Source: Chrysomallon squamiferum
Lineage: Eukaryota; Animalia; Mollusca
Assembly (NCBI GenBank): GCA_012295275.1
Contig: CM022672.1
Location: 11,408,001-11,472,000, forward strand
Direction: 5' to 3'
DNA: 64,000 nucleotides
Shown: positions 52,068-64,000 of the stretch, in pieces
Position numbering within the stretch: the stretch's first letter is position 1
How the letters are laid out: each line of letters opens with the position of its first letter
Position numbers and translations under genes: made by a program
Notes under the pieces: model-generated
Databases searched by the model: none
What the model was told of the DNA's origin: nothing
What the model saw: only the letters and a program-made list of their open reading frames with translations

Positions 52068-52290
52068 ACATCATACTTATGAACAATTACTAGGCACCAA
52101 ATTAGACATCGAGGTTTAGAACAAAAAGGCGAGTATTTCACCGACGTCACGCCCTCTCCTCCACCCAGACTGTATAATCTAAAACATGACCTTGTACCGG
52201 CAACTGAACGAAACCAACATTTCGGCAGAGAATGACTCAGACATCATATAATTCTAAAATCTGAATGGATTGACGATACAGATTGTTACA

Positions 52291-52341
<51 letters not shown>

Positions 52342-53056
52342 GCGCGCGCGCGCACGCACGCAGCTTAATCTACAGCCATACACATATGCTTTTCCATAAG
52401 CAAGAAAGTTCACGCCATAAGCTTTGAAAATTTAAGTATACATGAAGCACCAAAAAATATTTTTTTATAATACAACAATCCTCCGCTTTAAATATGTATG
52501 TATGTATGTATGTATGTATATATGTAGATATGTATATATGTATGTATGCATGCATGTATGTATGTAAATTATTTATATTATGTGTTAATGTGTGTATATG
52601 TAGAGAAAGGTATAGATATGAAATTAATTAATCTAATCACCACAATTTAAAACATTAAATAAAAAAATATATTTACCTTTATCGTTTGAACGCGCCACAA
52701 AATAACGCTTTCCTATTGTAACGATAATCACCACACGTGTGGGTTTATTTACAAGATATGCTAGTCGGAAAATAGTTTCTTTGTTTCTCCCTTTTTTTTT
52801 CGTAATTTTTTTTTTTTTTTTTTTTTTTGTTCTTGTTGTGAAGAGCGATTTCATTGGCCGTTAGATACGCTCTTCAGACGGACAGCAGCTATCTGTAGTC
52901 TTTTCAAGATACAATAAAGATTTGCATAAAGAAAACGATTTCTGTTTATAATTATCAATAATAAATTACGTACTTCAGTTGAACGCGCAACATAAGAACT
53001 TTTTTCTGTTGTAAGGAACAATTAAACTGGTGTTTTTAAAGAACGATATATATATA

Positions 53057-53561
53057 CAACTTTATCAATTACAGTTATTAAACAGACAAAACATTAACAT
53101 TTTTATAATAGAGATCCAAGTATAACGTTAAAATATGCGCATATTATCGATTTTTTTTTAGACGAGATGTATTTTAGTGAAGGAAAATATGAATATATAT
53201 ATGGATCTGTGTTTGTGGGTGTGTGTGTGTATGTTTTATACATGCATTTATAGAAATATTCTCTTTATATATGTACGTGCGTATATATGTTGTGTGTGCG
53301 TGCGTGTGTGCATTTATGTATATAAACTATATATAAACACTGTAGATATATAGATATAAATATAAATATATAGATACAGATAGAGTGACAGACAGATAAA
53401 TAAATATGTTTTACGTTCACTGCAATTCATATTTTCCTTCAGTAAAATATATCTTTTCTAAAAAAAAAATCGATAATATACGAATATTTTAACGTTATAC
53501 GTGGATCTCTATTATAAAAATTTTAATGTTTTCTTAGTTTAATAACTGTAATTGATAAAGT
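53057..53561. repeat. Inverted repeat, ~105-bp arms (53057-53162 / 53457-53561), foldback/MITE-like
   Basis: ACTTTATCAATTACAGTTATTAAAC...ATTATCGATTTTTTTTTAGA is mirrored by TCTAAAAAAAAAATCGATAAT...GTTTAATAACTGTAATTGATAAAGT around a low-complexity spacer. Confidence 0.85.
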
Positions 53562-54597
53562 AATTTCTTAGTAGTAAGGTGTTTTTGAATTTATATTTAG
53601 TTAAATTATATACTGTTCATTGTGTATGTATAATTATTTCTCTGATCTGTCAAATTTGTTCTTTCTTTTTTTTTTTTTTTTTCTTGTTTGTAGTTTTTCT
53701 TTTATTATTTACTTACTTATTTAATGTTATTAATATTATTATTTATATTATTATTGTTGTTGTTGTTATTATTTACTATTATTTATTATTATTATTACAA
53801 TAATTATTATTACTGTATTATTATTATTATTATTATTATTATCTGGGTTTTTTTTTTTGTTGTTGGTTGTTTTTTAATAATATTTTTTTGTTATTATTAT
53901 TATTATTTTGTTGTTGTTGTTGTTTGTTTGTTTGTGTGTTTCTTTGTTTGGTTGTTTGTCTGATAGCGGATCCTCTAAATTTGAATTGTGCATAGCAAAC
54001 ACAATTTTATTTTGAATTACTTGATTGTTTTTAAACAGTACAATTTTTATCCCTGAAATACGAAGCGAAATGAAACTCGATGATTGTCGATAAGGCAGAC
54101 TGACGACGGTTTACGGTGTGTAATTTTGCTACGAGTTTCTATTAAACTGTGTCGCCGAAGCAGATGGCGGATAGGAAAGGGCGGTAAAAGAGATAAAACG
54201 TGTATGTTGCCAGCATAGTAAAATTTAATCGATGTTAACACGTTACATAATGTGTATAAACGTGGGGGAAAACATTCCATACATCCAGAAATATATTATC
54301 GTCGTTATATAATTAAACCGTTTTAATGTAGTTATTTTACAAAAATTGCTGAAAAAGGAATCGAGAGTTATTTGACGCGCCTTTCGTTTTCTTTCTTTAA
54401 AAATTTGATAATAAGAAGCTTATGCTTCATCACTTTTTCAGTTCTGCTACTCTTTCCAATTAGAGATTTTTATATGCAAGAAATATTTATTAAGGTAAAC
54501 AGGTCTACGGACCGGACAAGAGGACGGATGCGTAGTTTTTAATGTTAGCTCTGTTCACGGTTTATGGCTGTTTTTTCGCTCGATATATATTTTTTTT

Positions 54598-55025
54598 TTA
54601 TTTTTCTTGTTTATTTATTTATTTAATTATTTATTTATTATATTTTATTTTTATAAAAATTAAAATATATTTTTCTTGTTTATTTATTTATTTAATTATT
54701 TATTTATTAAATTTTATTTTTATAAAAATTAAAATATATTTTTCCTAATATTTATCACATTTCCAAAAATAATTTATATATATATAATTTATTTATTTTA
54801 TTTTATTTTGTTTATTATGTATATTTATTTATTTATTTATTTATTTATTTTATAAAAATTAAAATATATTTTTCCTAATATTTATCACATTTCCAAAAAT
54901 AATTTATATATATATAATTTATTTATTTTATTTTATTTTGTTTATTATGTATATTTATTTATTTATTTATTTATTTATTTATTTTATAAAAATTAAAATA
55001 TAATTTTCCTAAAATTTATCTAATT
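54598..55025. repeat. AT-rich local tandem duplications (~70-bp and ~131-bp units)
   Basis: TTTTATAAAAATTAAAATATATTTT recurs four times; 54718-54848 is repeated almost exactly at 54849-54983. Confidence 0.85.
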
Positions 55026-55468
55026 TCAAAACCGGCATAATTCTGAATCGTCTTAAAACGGGGGCTGAGTCAAGCATTCTGGGGAGGGGAAAACTGGAGA
55101 TGCAATATACTGAGGTCATTATAAAATGATTTAACTCTGTGTTATTTAGAATTTATTTCTTCTTTTATCTCCAAAAAGAATCTGCTTGTTTTGTGCTCAA
55201 GGGAAGTAAGTCCTTAAATAAAATAAACGATTTGTTTTTCTTAATTCAAGGGAGATAAATCGAAATGCTAGATCTATTTTATAAGCGTAGAAGGATATGT
55301 CATGTCACTTTGTAAAATTTATTTTAAATTTAATAATAAACTTTGATAATTTATTTTTTATGTGTGGTAGCAAGACTGTGATATAATACTGCGCCATCGA
55401 TTTACAATACAACATAGAAAGTCACTACTGTCAATTTGTTTTCTGTAACGTGGAGAGTGATTCTGCTA

Positions 55469-55511
<43 letters not shown>

Positions 55512-55642
55512 ATAATATAATATTATTATTATTATTATATACAAAAAGAAAGAAAGAAAATATGTAAACATTTTCTTCCATACATCAGCTGTCCCAGTTA
55601 ATGAAAGATTTCTATTCTTTTCTATCATATTTTATTTATTTA

Positions 55643-55674
<32 letters not shown>

Positions 55675-55999
55675 TTTATTTTTTATTTTTAATATAATTA
55701 TCATTAATAATATTAGTGAGCGCATTAGTTAAATAAATAAATAAATAAATAAATACTTTCCATTAACATTTAGAGATAAAATAAGACAACAGAACGATCG
55801 TTAATATTCAACAAACACCTTTTGTTTATCTTGTTGTAAATTGCTAAAAATAACACCTTATCATTCTCTTCCATGGCAATGCAAATATTCCTCGTTCCGA
55901 ATCCACGTTCGAGTCGTAAATAAAGTTTTCAGCATAACCCATTTACGGCAGTAACCTTTGGCATGTTCAAGTGTTTAAGTTGAAACGCACAACTGAAAT

Positions 56000-58628
56000 A
56001 TGGCGTTAGATTTTATACAGTGGTTTATCATTGGTCTTTTATTAATTCTGCCTATTTTATACGAACTGAGCAGCACATTTAAGTATTATGCTAAGTTTTT
56101 CTTTTATTATTCGCTGGTGATGTTAATGGCACCTCTTGTTATGGTATGTTGTCTACCGAGACCAAAAGATGTAAACAATTACAGGTATGTTTGAAAGTCG
56201 AAATTGTAATATAAATTGTGGTTTTAAGGTCTATATTATATCTTAATTCGAGATTACTCATTGAAAATTATAATGATTTACAGACATTTTATCGTTCGAT
56301 ATCTTCATTCAATCGTTCTCGAGTCATTGGCTTCAGTTGAAACTGTTACAGTCAGTCAGTCCTTTATTTTTTGTTTTTTAGTACATTCAGAATGCACGTC
56401 TTCATTAGGCGAGTTATATAAAACAAAGAACCTATTCGAATTTAAAAAGTGTATGGCATAATGGTATATAATAATGATTTAGGAACTTGTAAGTAATGAG
56501 AGAAAGAATCCTGATGACTTCTCTTGGGCTACTTTTTAATTATTATTTTTAATTTACTTATATTATTTTATTAGCAACATATCTTTTACATGCAGCTGAC
56601 TGTCAACACTATCTAACATAGTGATTAATCAATAATGTTATAAATTGGTTTTAAAAACAGAACCTTTATGACCCTTGATTATTTTATTTTAATTCCTGTT
56701 CTAGGCATCCATTGTCAGTGAATGTTGTCTAAAGTAAATCTAAGACATTGTTGAAATAAATATATAAACCTCAAACACATAATGTATTAATAATATTTTT
56801 AATTAAATGAAAATCATGGTGATGGAAAGACACATTAGAAATGTTATAGTAGAAGACATTTGTTTTATATTTTATGTAACATTCTTTAGATACAGATTAA
56901 TGGGTTTTTTTTTTTTTTTTTTTTTTTTTATCTCTTTCAGTTATTAAAAACATTATTTACATACACTCTTTGTTTTATTGTTGGGTTTTGGGGATGGTGG
57001 GGTCTCACACTGGAGTTTTTTTTCTCAAATGCTACACGATTTGCACATTTTTGGAACTGCCCAGCACATTGTAGGTGAAATGGTTAGGCAGTCACAGACA
57101 ATTTTTCAGTGGACATATTTTTTATTTTGAATGAGCCTCACTATCCTGAATCTTAAACAGCCTACTTCTTGTTCAGTTATTGCAGCTTTTTCACAGAAAT
57201 TGCTGCATGATTTTCTTCAGTCCTTTTTTTTTTTTTTTTTTTTTTTTTTAGCTTTTTCTGGAAGTACATTGCCTGATTGTATTTAACAAAACAGTGTATT
57301 TTAAATGAGACAAGATATTGTTTTCGTCATTTATGAAGTACTTTTCTGATAAACATCTTACTACCTTTCAGCATGTCTGTTCAGTTGGAGGAGACCTTAT
57401 GATACTCTATCAACAGTTTCCATCAAACTGCATGTGATGGAATATTCTCTAGTGTTGTTAACAACTCACTCCACTGCTTTTGAAAGGAATAATCTAGTTG
57501 TTTTGTATTCTCTGTGGGTATCTAATTTTTCAGTGTTTATCCTTCACATTTGCCACCACATTTTAAAAACAATTATTTAGTATCTGTTCACAACAGGTTG
57601 TGGGTAGAAAATCCACACGAGCCTCATCAAGGTGCCTTGTCATAAAAATTGGACTTTTTCCATGCAAAATGTGCAATAGTTTGTTGCTGTTTTTCTTGAT
57701 GTTGCTTGGTGGTCACTGACTGAATAAAGTATTAGGGTGATGACTGAAGCAGGATGTGAAATGAGATTGCAGTAGCCTCATGTTCTGTGTATGTTTCTTC
57801 TGTCAACACCCAGTGAAGTTACACCAGGTTAGGAGTGTTTGAAAGTGAATGCTGCGCTCAAGGTTTGGTTTGTTGTGCATGCTTATCAGTCAGCTATTTG
57901 CAAACACTGCTTGGGTAGGCCTACTTTTAAATCTTATTCACAGGTCGTTTTAAAGGTTGTCCAACAGATTACCACTGTCGCTGTATGTGGTTGTCCAACA
58001 ACGATTTGGGTTGTCAGGGACAAAAATTAAAGATTAGATGTAGCCATAGATTCAGATATAAGTAATAAACTTCCTTGCTTTTCTCTATTATTATATCTAT
58101 TATGTAAAATAAAAAATAATAATAATAATAAAAAAAAACTGGAAGATTTAGAACGTCACTCAATCTTTTTATTTGTTTACCCATCAAAGTTAAAAGTCGT
58201 TCACTCATTAAAAAAAAAAAAAAAAAAATATTTTATTATTTTTTTTGTGTTAACTCCATAGTGAATTTTTATTACTATGTTAATTTGTTGTTGTTTTCCA
58301 GGTTTGTAGTCTTTTTTATGAAACAGATTCGAAAACTGTTTGGCATTGAAATTGAGGTCAGAGGTCGTGATAATTTGGTCTCCAGTCATCCTTACATTCT
58401 TGTTTCCAACCATCAGAGTTCAGTTGATTTTTTTGGTAAGTTGAGAAATATATTTTATGTCAATTAAATGTTTCTGTCTTTAACACTGATGAAAACTTGT
58501 TTTTGTTATTACTTTCATTTTCAAAAATAAATTATATTATATTTTAACCAACACTTACATTTGTCATAAAAAAGTATGTACATTCCTACCTAACTACATG
58601 CATGTGTGTGTGTTATGTATGTATGTAC

Positions 58629-58677
<49 letters not shown>

Positions 58678-61183
58678 GGTATAGACACATTCATCAACAT
58701 CAACTTAAAAATTTATCTATGTCAATATGTATGTATACATATATGTATAAAAATTCATTTTGACAACAAAAAATAATAATAAATAGATTAATTAGTTTGC
58801 TTTGAATTGTTTTACATTTATTGATTTCAGCAGAAATATGAATAACAGCCAGTATAATTATGTTATTGTTAAAACAATGAATCATCAATCTAGAATTTCA
58901 TAAACTGGGAACATTATCATTATGACATTATTTTCAAAATAAAATGAATTTTATATAGAGAAACAATACAGACTGGCATAAAAAAAAATATATATAATGA
59001 TGATAATAATAATAAAAATAATAAATAAAATATTGAGGTTATGCATTTAATGATTGAACTTAGACTGTAATACATCAAAGTGTCTCATTATTTATTTATT
59101 TAATAGTTTAATTTTTATTTTATTTTATTTTTATTTTTCATTTATTTTTTATTTATTTATTTTTTTTTTTTTCTGTTATTGTTACATTTATTTTATTATT
59201 ATCATTATTATATTATATATATATTTTTTTTATTACTATTATTTTTTGCATTCAGGTATGATGGAAATATGGCCAGAGCGGTGCACAAGTTTAGCCAAGA
59301 AAGAATTACTTTATGCTGGTACATTTGGAATAGCAGCTTGGCTTTGTGACACTATTTTTATTGACCGTATAAACCATGAAAAAGCAGTTCAGACTGTGGC
59401 AAGAACAGCAGACATCATAAAGAAAAAAAATGTAAGTATGAAAAATTAAATACAGAAGTAATGCAGTACAGGTTGACAATCTTTTGTCCAAAATTCTTGT
59501 GTTTCAGGTTTTTAAAAAAATTCAGAATCTTTGAATTTAGGAATATGATATAAGTCTAATTACAAATCCCATTCCATTAATTTTTCATATGTATCTTATT
59601 CATATAGTCTGCAGGACTTTTTTTTATACAATGCTATTTAATAATGTTTGCATAACATATTTTTTATGTATGCAGAATAACCTGAAACCTGTAAGATATC
59701 ACTATTTCTGCTTCTGAATACTCTTACAATCTGATATATCTGAAGAACACATGACAGCTTTTGATAACCTTGTGTGAAGCTCTGGCTGGGAATGAGAAAT
59801 AGCCAAATGAATATATTTAGGGGTATTACTCCTGCAACTGTTGTATCTCAAAGACTACAGTGATGTAATATTGCTGATATTTTTTGTAGCTAAAAGTGTA
59901 CATATTTCCTGAGGGAACAAGGAATCACGATGGGTCAATGCTTCCATTCAAGAAAGGAGCATTTCATCTGGCAGTAGCAGCTCAGGTATTTTTATTGTAG
60001 ATAAAGAATCAGTCATGAAAAAACCCCAGCATAGACACTGTCAACACAAAGAGTCTTGATAAATATTGAAATGTTTTCATAAAATAAATACTGAAATGTA
60101 TTTTAGAATAAGTATTGAAATGTGATTTTCATAGTGAGTAATGAAATCAGTATTAATTTTTTTTTTTTTCAAATAAATATTTATACATTTGTTTTAATTA
60201 GAAATTAGCAAGTTGAATCTGAAATTAGTGTATTCAGTCACAGGTTTTTAAAAGTCTTTCAAAAAATGTTTTAGCATTACAAAATATCTTATCTTTTTTT
60301 TTGAAATTTTTCTTTTCTTTTTCCTTTGGGGTTATTTTATAACATAGCTTTTTCATTCAGAATCAAAAAAACAAACAACAACAAAAAACCACTGACATTT
60401 TGAAGTCAGTATGAAAGTGGTGTTACTTAATCTCAAGTTTTAACTGTTGTTTATTACTTAGAAATAATTTTTTAATTTATTTCCCAGGTTCCTGTGGTGC
60501 CAGTAGTATTCTCCTCATATTCTGATTTTTATAGCAAAAGAGAGAAAAAGTTTGAAACTGGTAATTATTTTATTTTAACATTTTATTTAAATTTTCATTT
60601 AGTTGTGTAATTTTAAATGATAAAAAGAACATTTCTGTTTAAATTGTTAACAAAATACAAAACATTGGGGGAAAAGTGGCTTGTTGAAATTAATAATAAT
60701 AAAATATATGATACTGACATGTAATATAATAATTTACATTAAATGTAATAAAACACAGTATTTCTAAATGGATCCACACTTAATACTAATTCACTTCCAC
60801 AAATTACAGTCACAATTTGGTATTTATTGTGATATTAGACCTTAGTTTAATTTTTTGTCACCAACTTTGATTCTTGGTGTTGGTCATAAGTCATAAGAAA
60901 ACCTTACGATCATCATGTCCACTAACAATGATTTTAGTGTTACAGTCATTTCATGAGCTACCCCTGGATGTATATCTGATCATCTTACAGTATAATATTT
61001 TATTTTCTAACTATATTTACAGGTAAATTTATCATAACTTGCCTTACTCCTGTGCCAACAACTGGGATGTCATCATCAGATGTTCCTGACTTTGCCGAAC
61101 GCTTGCGGAAACAAATGTTAGAAGTGTACAATCAGACTTCACTGGAAACACGGCAGCCCAAATTAATCAACGGAGTCAAATAA
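56000..61183 (+). CDS. AGPAT1: 1-acyl-sn-glycerol-3-phosphate acyltransferase (AGPAT1/AGPAT2-like, PlsC family), 6 exons, 274 aa
   Basis: Exons 56000-56184, 58302-58435, 59256-59431, 59890-59985, 60488-60560, 61023-61183; GT-AG, 825 nt. Motifs [50 protein letters not shown]1 versus AGPAT2 cannot be resolved. Confidence 0.95.
57040..58030 (-). mobile_element. Possible highly decayed mariner-like remnant in AGPAT intron 1
   Basis: Higher-complexity ~1-kb block with faint reverse-strand similarity to mariner motifs (..ENTKQL..QW; QDSEAH ~ HDNARPH). Weak. Confidence 0.3.
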
Positions 61184-64000
61184 CTTCTTTTATTTTTTTC
61201 AAAAACTTGTTTTCTTCTCCTCACGTTCAGATCTTTTTAATATTATTATATATTTTTTTCTCTCCAGCAGATTTCAATTTGTTCACTATGGTGTGTTTTG
61301 GGGGTTTTTTTATATTTTTTTTTTAAGAAGCTTTAAAATTTTGATGGCATATTTTGGTGAAGTACCATTTTTGTTTTTTTTTGAACATTTTGGTGCAGTT
61401 TTCCTGAAATAACAAATCTTGGCTTCCTTGTTAAAGAGTATAGTTTAAATTTGAAAGGAGCCAAATGTATACCAATATATATATATATATATTAAAATTT
61501 AAACAATATATATATATATATATATTTGTTTAAATTTTAATATGTCTGATTCTCTAATGGCTGTTGTTTAAGAATCTTTATGCCTGATGCAACATTTTCT
61601 TGTGTAAAAGCTTGAAAGACAGAGGGAAATATAAATTACTTTATTGTGGTCAGTGATATACTAAGCCTAAATGCCAAGACATTTATTGTCCTCTTTTTCT
61701 AGTTACTTTTATATACACACATGCACGTAAGTGTTTATCAGTCTAGTGGTTTGATAAATTGTATATTTTGTCAAAATGATTTTTAAAAAAATGTTTTACA
61801 CAAAAATTAATATTTGATAAAAAAAAAAATGTTTATGAAGCCATATTTATATTACAGTAAAAAGTATTTGTTCTGAACTATTTAAATAATAATTTATTTG
61901 TCTTGTTAAAAACAAGCATATCTAATTGCTTTTATACATTTTCTTAGTCAAATAATATTTACACATTTTCATAATCAAATAATGTATGTATATACATAGA
62001 CACAAACACATTGAGAAAAAAACAGTTTACAAATATACAATTTTGTTTTGTTTTGTGTGGGTAATGGTTTTTGAAGTCACTGTGTGACTACATATTTTGA
62101 TCCGTGAAATATTCTTGCTTCTTGTGTTCACGATTTATATCCATTTGTTGAGTTTTGTTATTTTTCACATGAAAATATTTTATGATCCCCAATACTTTTG
62201 GTTAGCATACAAAGCACAAAGAAAACAATTATCTAATATATTTTTTAATGTTTTGGAGGTTTCACATTATCAGTTCATAAAATATTAAACTGAAATGACT
62301 ACATTAATAAATTTAGGTTTTATTATGTCTTCTCTGAAAATCTCTGAAAAGCAAAAGCTTTTTGAGCATCTTAAACTTTTGGGATGATTTAGTGTATACT
62401 CATTTGATTTGATATAAAACTAAACACAGACTTTGTGCATAAATTGTTTATGAAATATAAATGGATTTCATGTTTATAGCAGATCAGTCTTCCAAGACAC
62501 ACAGTCAAATTATGACGAACCCCAAAAGTAATGGCAATAACAGAAAAAGACAAAAATATACTGCAGATTTAAATAATCCTAAAATACTTGCTTTTGTTTG
62601 GTTCCTTTCACTTTGTCTTGGGATTAAGTGGGCCATTTTGAGTGATCCCTTTTACTAATTTATTAGTTTAGAAAATTCAGACCACTATCATTGCATTTTG
62701 GATAGGAGATGCTGAGCTAATACCATAATAAATAAATAAATAAATAAAAAAAAAAAGATAACTCTAGAGTCAGTAATAAACTTTTGTAAATAATACATGT
62801 AGAGGCTGTTTTAATCATTTTGCTTAATAAATCCAGCATCTTTGGCATATACATAGCTGTATTTGAATGTATTGTATTTCTAAATACTGTAAGAAAAACC
62901 CGTTTCAGCAAAGTGAAAAAAAATTCTAGTAATCATGTTTTTATATTTTTTGAGTGAACATAACACAAGCAAAGTAATATTTGTTTATGTTGAAAAAAAC
63001 AAAACAAAAAAGCATATTTGCCATTTTTGTTATATGCATTTCTTCAGATATATGTGCATTAGAAACAGCATTATAAAGTCTTACATATAATATAATTCTA
63101 AGCAATAAAAAAATTATCTTTAACATTTAGCTGAATGATAAAAAAAAAAAAAAAAAAAAAAAAATCTGGTTTTTGCTTGTTAAGTTTTGTGTTATAAATG
63201 TGGTGACCAATACATTTTGTTCTTGATTGTGTAATAAATAAAATTATATTAACTTGCAGAGTTAGCAAGAAGTCATAAATATTTTAAAAAAAAGAAAAAA
63301 AAAGTAAACTGATGGACAGGAATTATTGTCATTTTCCGAACTGTGGAAATTGGGGGTTTTTTAGGTGTCATTTTTTTTATTGCAGTTTCTGTAATTTAGT
63401 CCAGATACATGAATTATGTGAATTAATTTTAATTAATATTCTATTTTCTGTTTATCATGATGTTATTATTTAAATCAACACAAAATAAAACATTATTTAG
63501 AATTATATATAAACACTTTACATTTATCAGTATTATTATATGGTCAGGTTACAATCCATTTACATGCTATTTAAGTTTTGTGCTGCAAATATATTGTGAG
63601 TGGATAATAGGTTACATATAGATTTTCTCTGGGTTATTTGGTTTTTTTTGTGTAAGTAAATAAAGAGATATTGCTACATGAATTAAATAAAAGTCAGTTT
63701 ATATTTATTAATAATTTCTTTTAATTAGTGATTGTTTCTGTTTTGTTTCTGAACAAACTTTTTTTTAACATTCAACATTAAAACAACACAAAATCACTAC
63801 TTTTTGCATTAAATGCATAATTAATTTATTATTCATTATAAAATTGATCTTAAGCATTTGATAAAAGTTTCTGTGGCATTTTTTCATTTTTTTAAATTTA
63901 ATTTTTAAAAGCTTTTTGGGGAGAGGTTTGTATTTTGGTTTATTAATGTTTGCTTTTAAAATGAAACATACACATTTTAAATTTAGCATACCTTTAAAAA

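Overview
AT-rich, microsatellite-dense animal genomic DNA with spliceosomal GT-AG introns. The gene content suggests a mollusc or other lophotrochozoan (inference). I reconstructed five protein-coding genes by hand, four of them multi-exon and largely missed by the ORF track: (1) a 4-exon secreted 215-aa protein with 16 mature cysteines in a 6-4-6 Argos/scoloptoxin-11-like arrangement (1614-12036, +); (2) an intronless, atypical Cys-loop ligand-gated channel subunit lacking the acetylcholine-binding residues (14512-15765, +); (3,4) two tandem 7-coding-exon METTL24/FkbM-like type II membrane methyltransferases (22983-27996 and 32677-43011, -); (5) a 6-exon AGPAT1/2-like LPA acyltransferase (56000-61183, +). 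Notable structure: an inverted, partly homogenised copy of the Argos-like promoter/exon 1 brackets genes 1 and 2; a 2.2-kb near-perfect palindrome is built from two TIR-bounded nested elements; one exon shows an apparent gene-conversion tract between the METTL24 paralogues; a polarised 52-bp minisatellite overlaps a stop codon; and several Tc1/mariner/pogo relics are present. No rRNA, tRNA or CRISPR was recognised. All family assignments are from motif recognition, not database searches.
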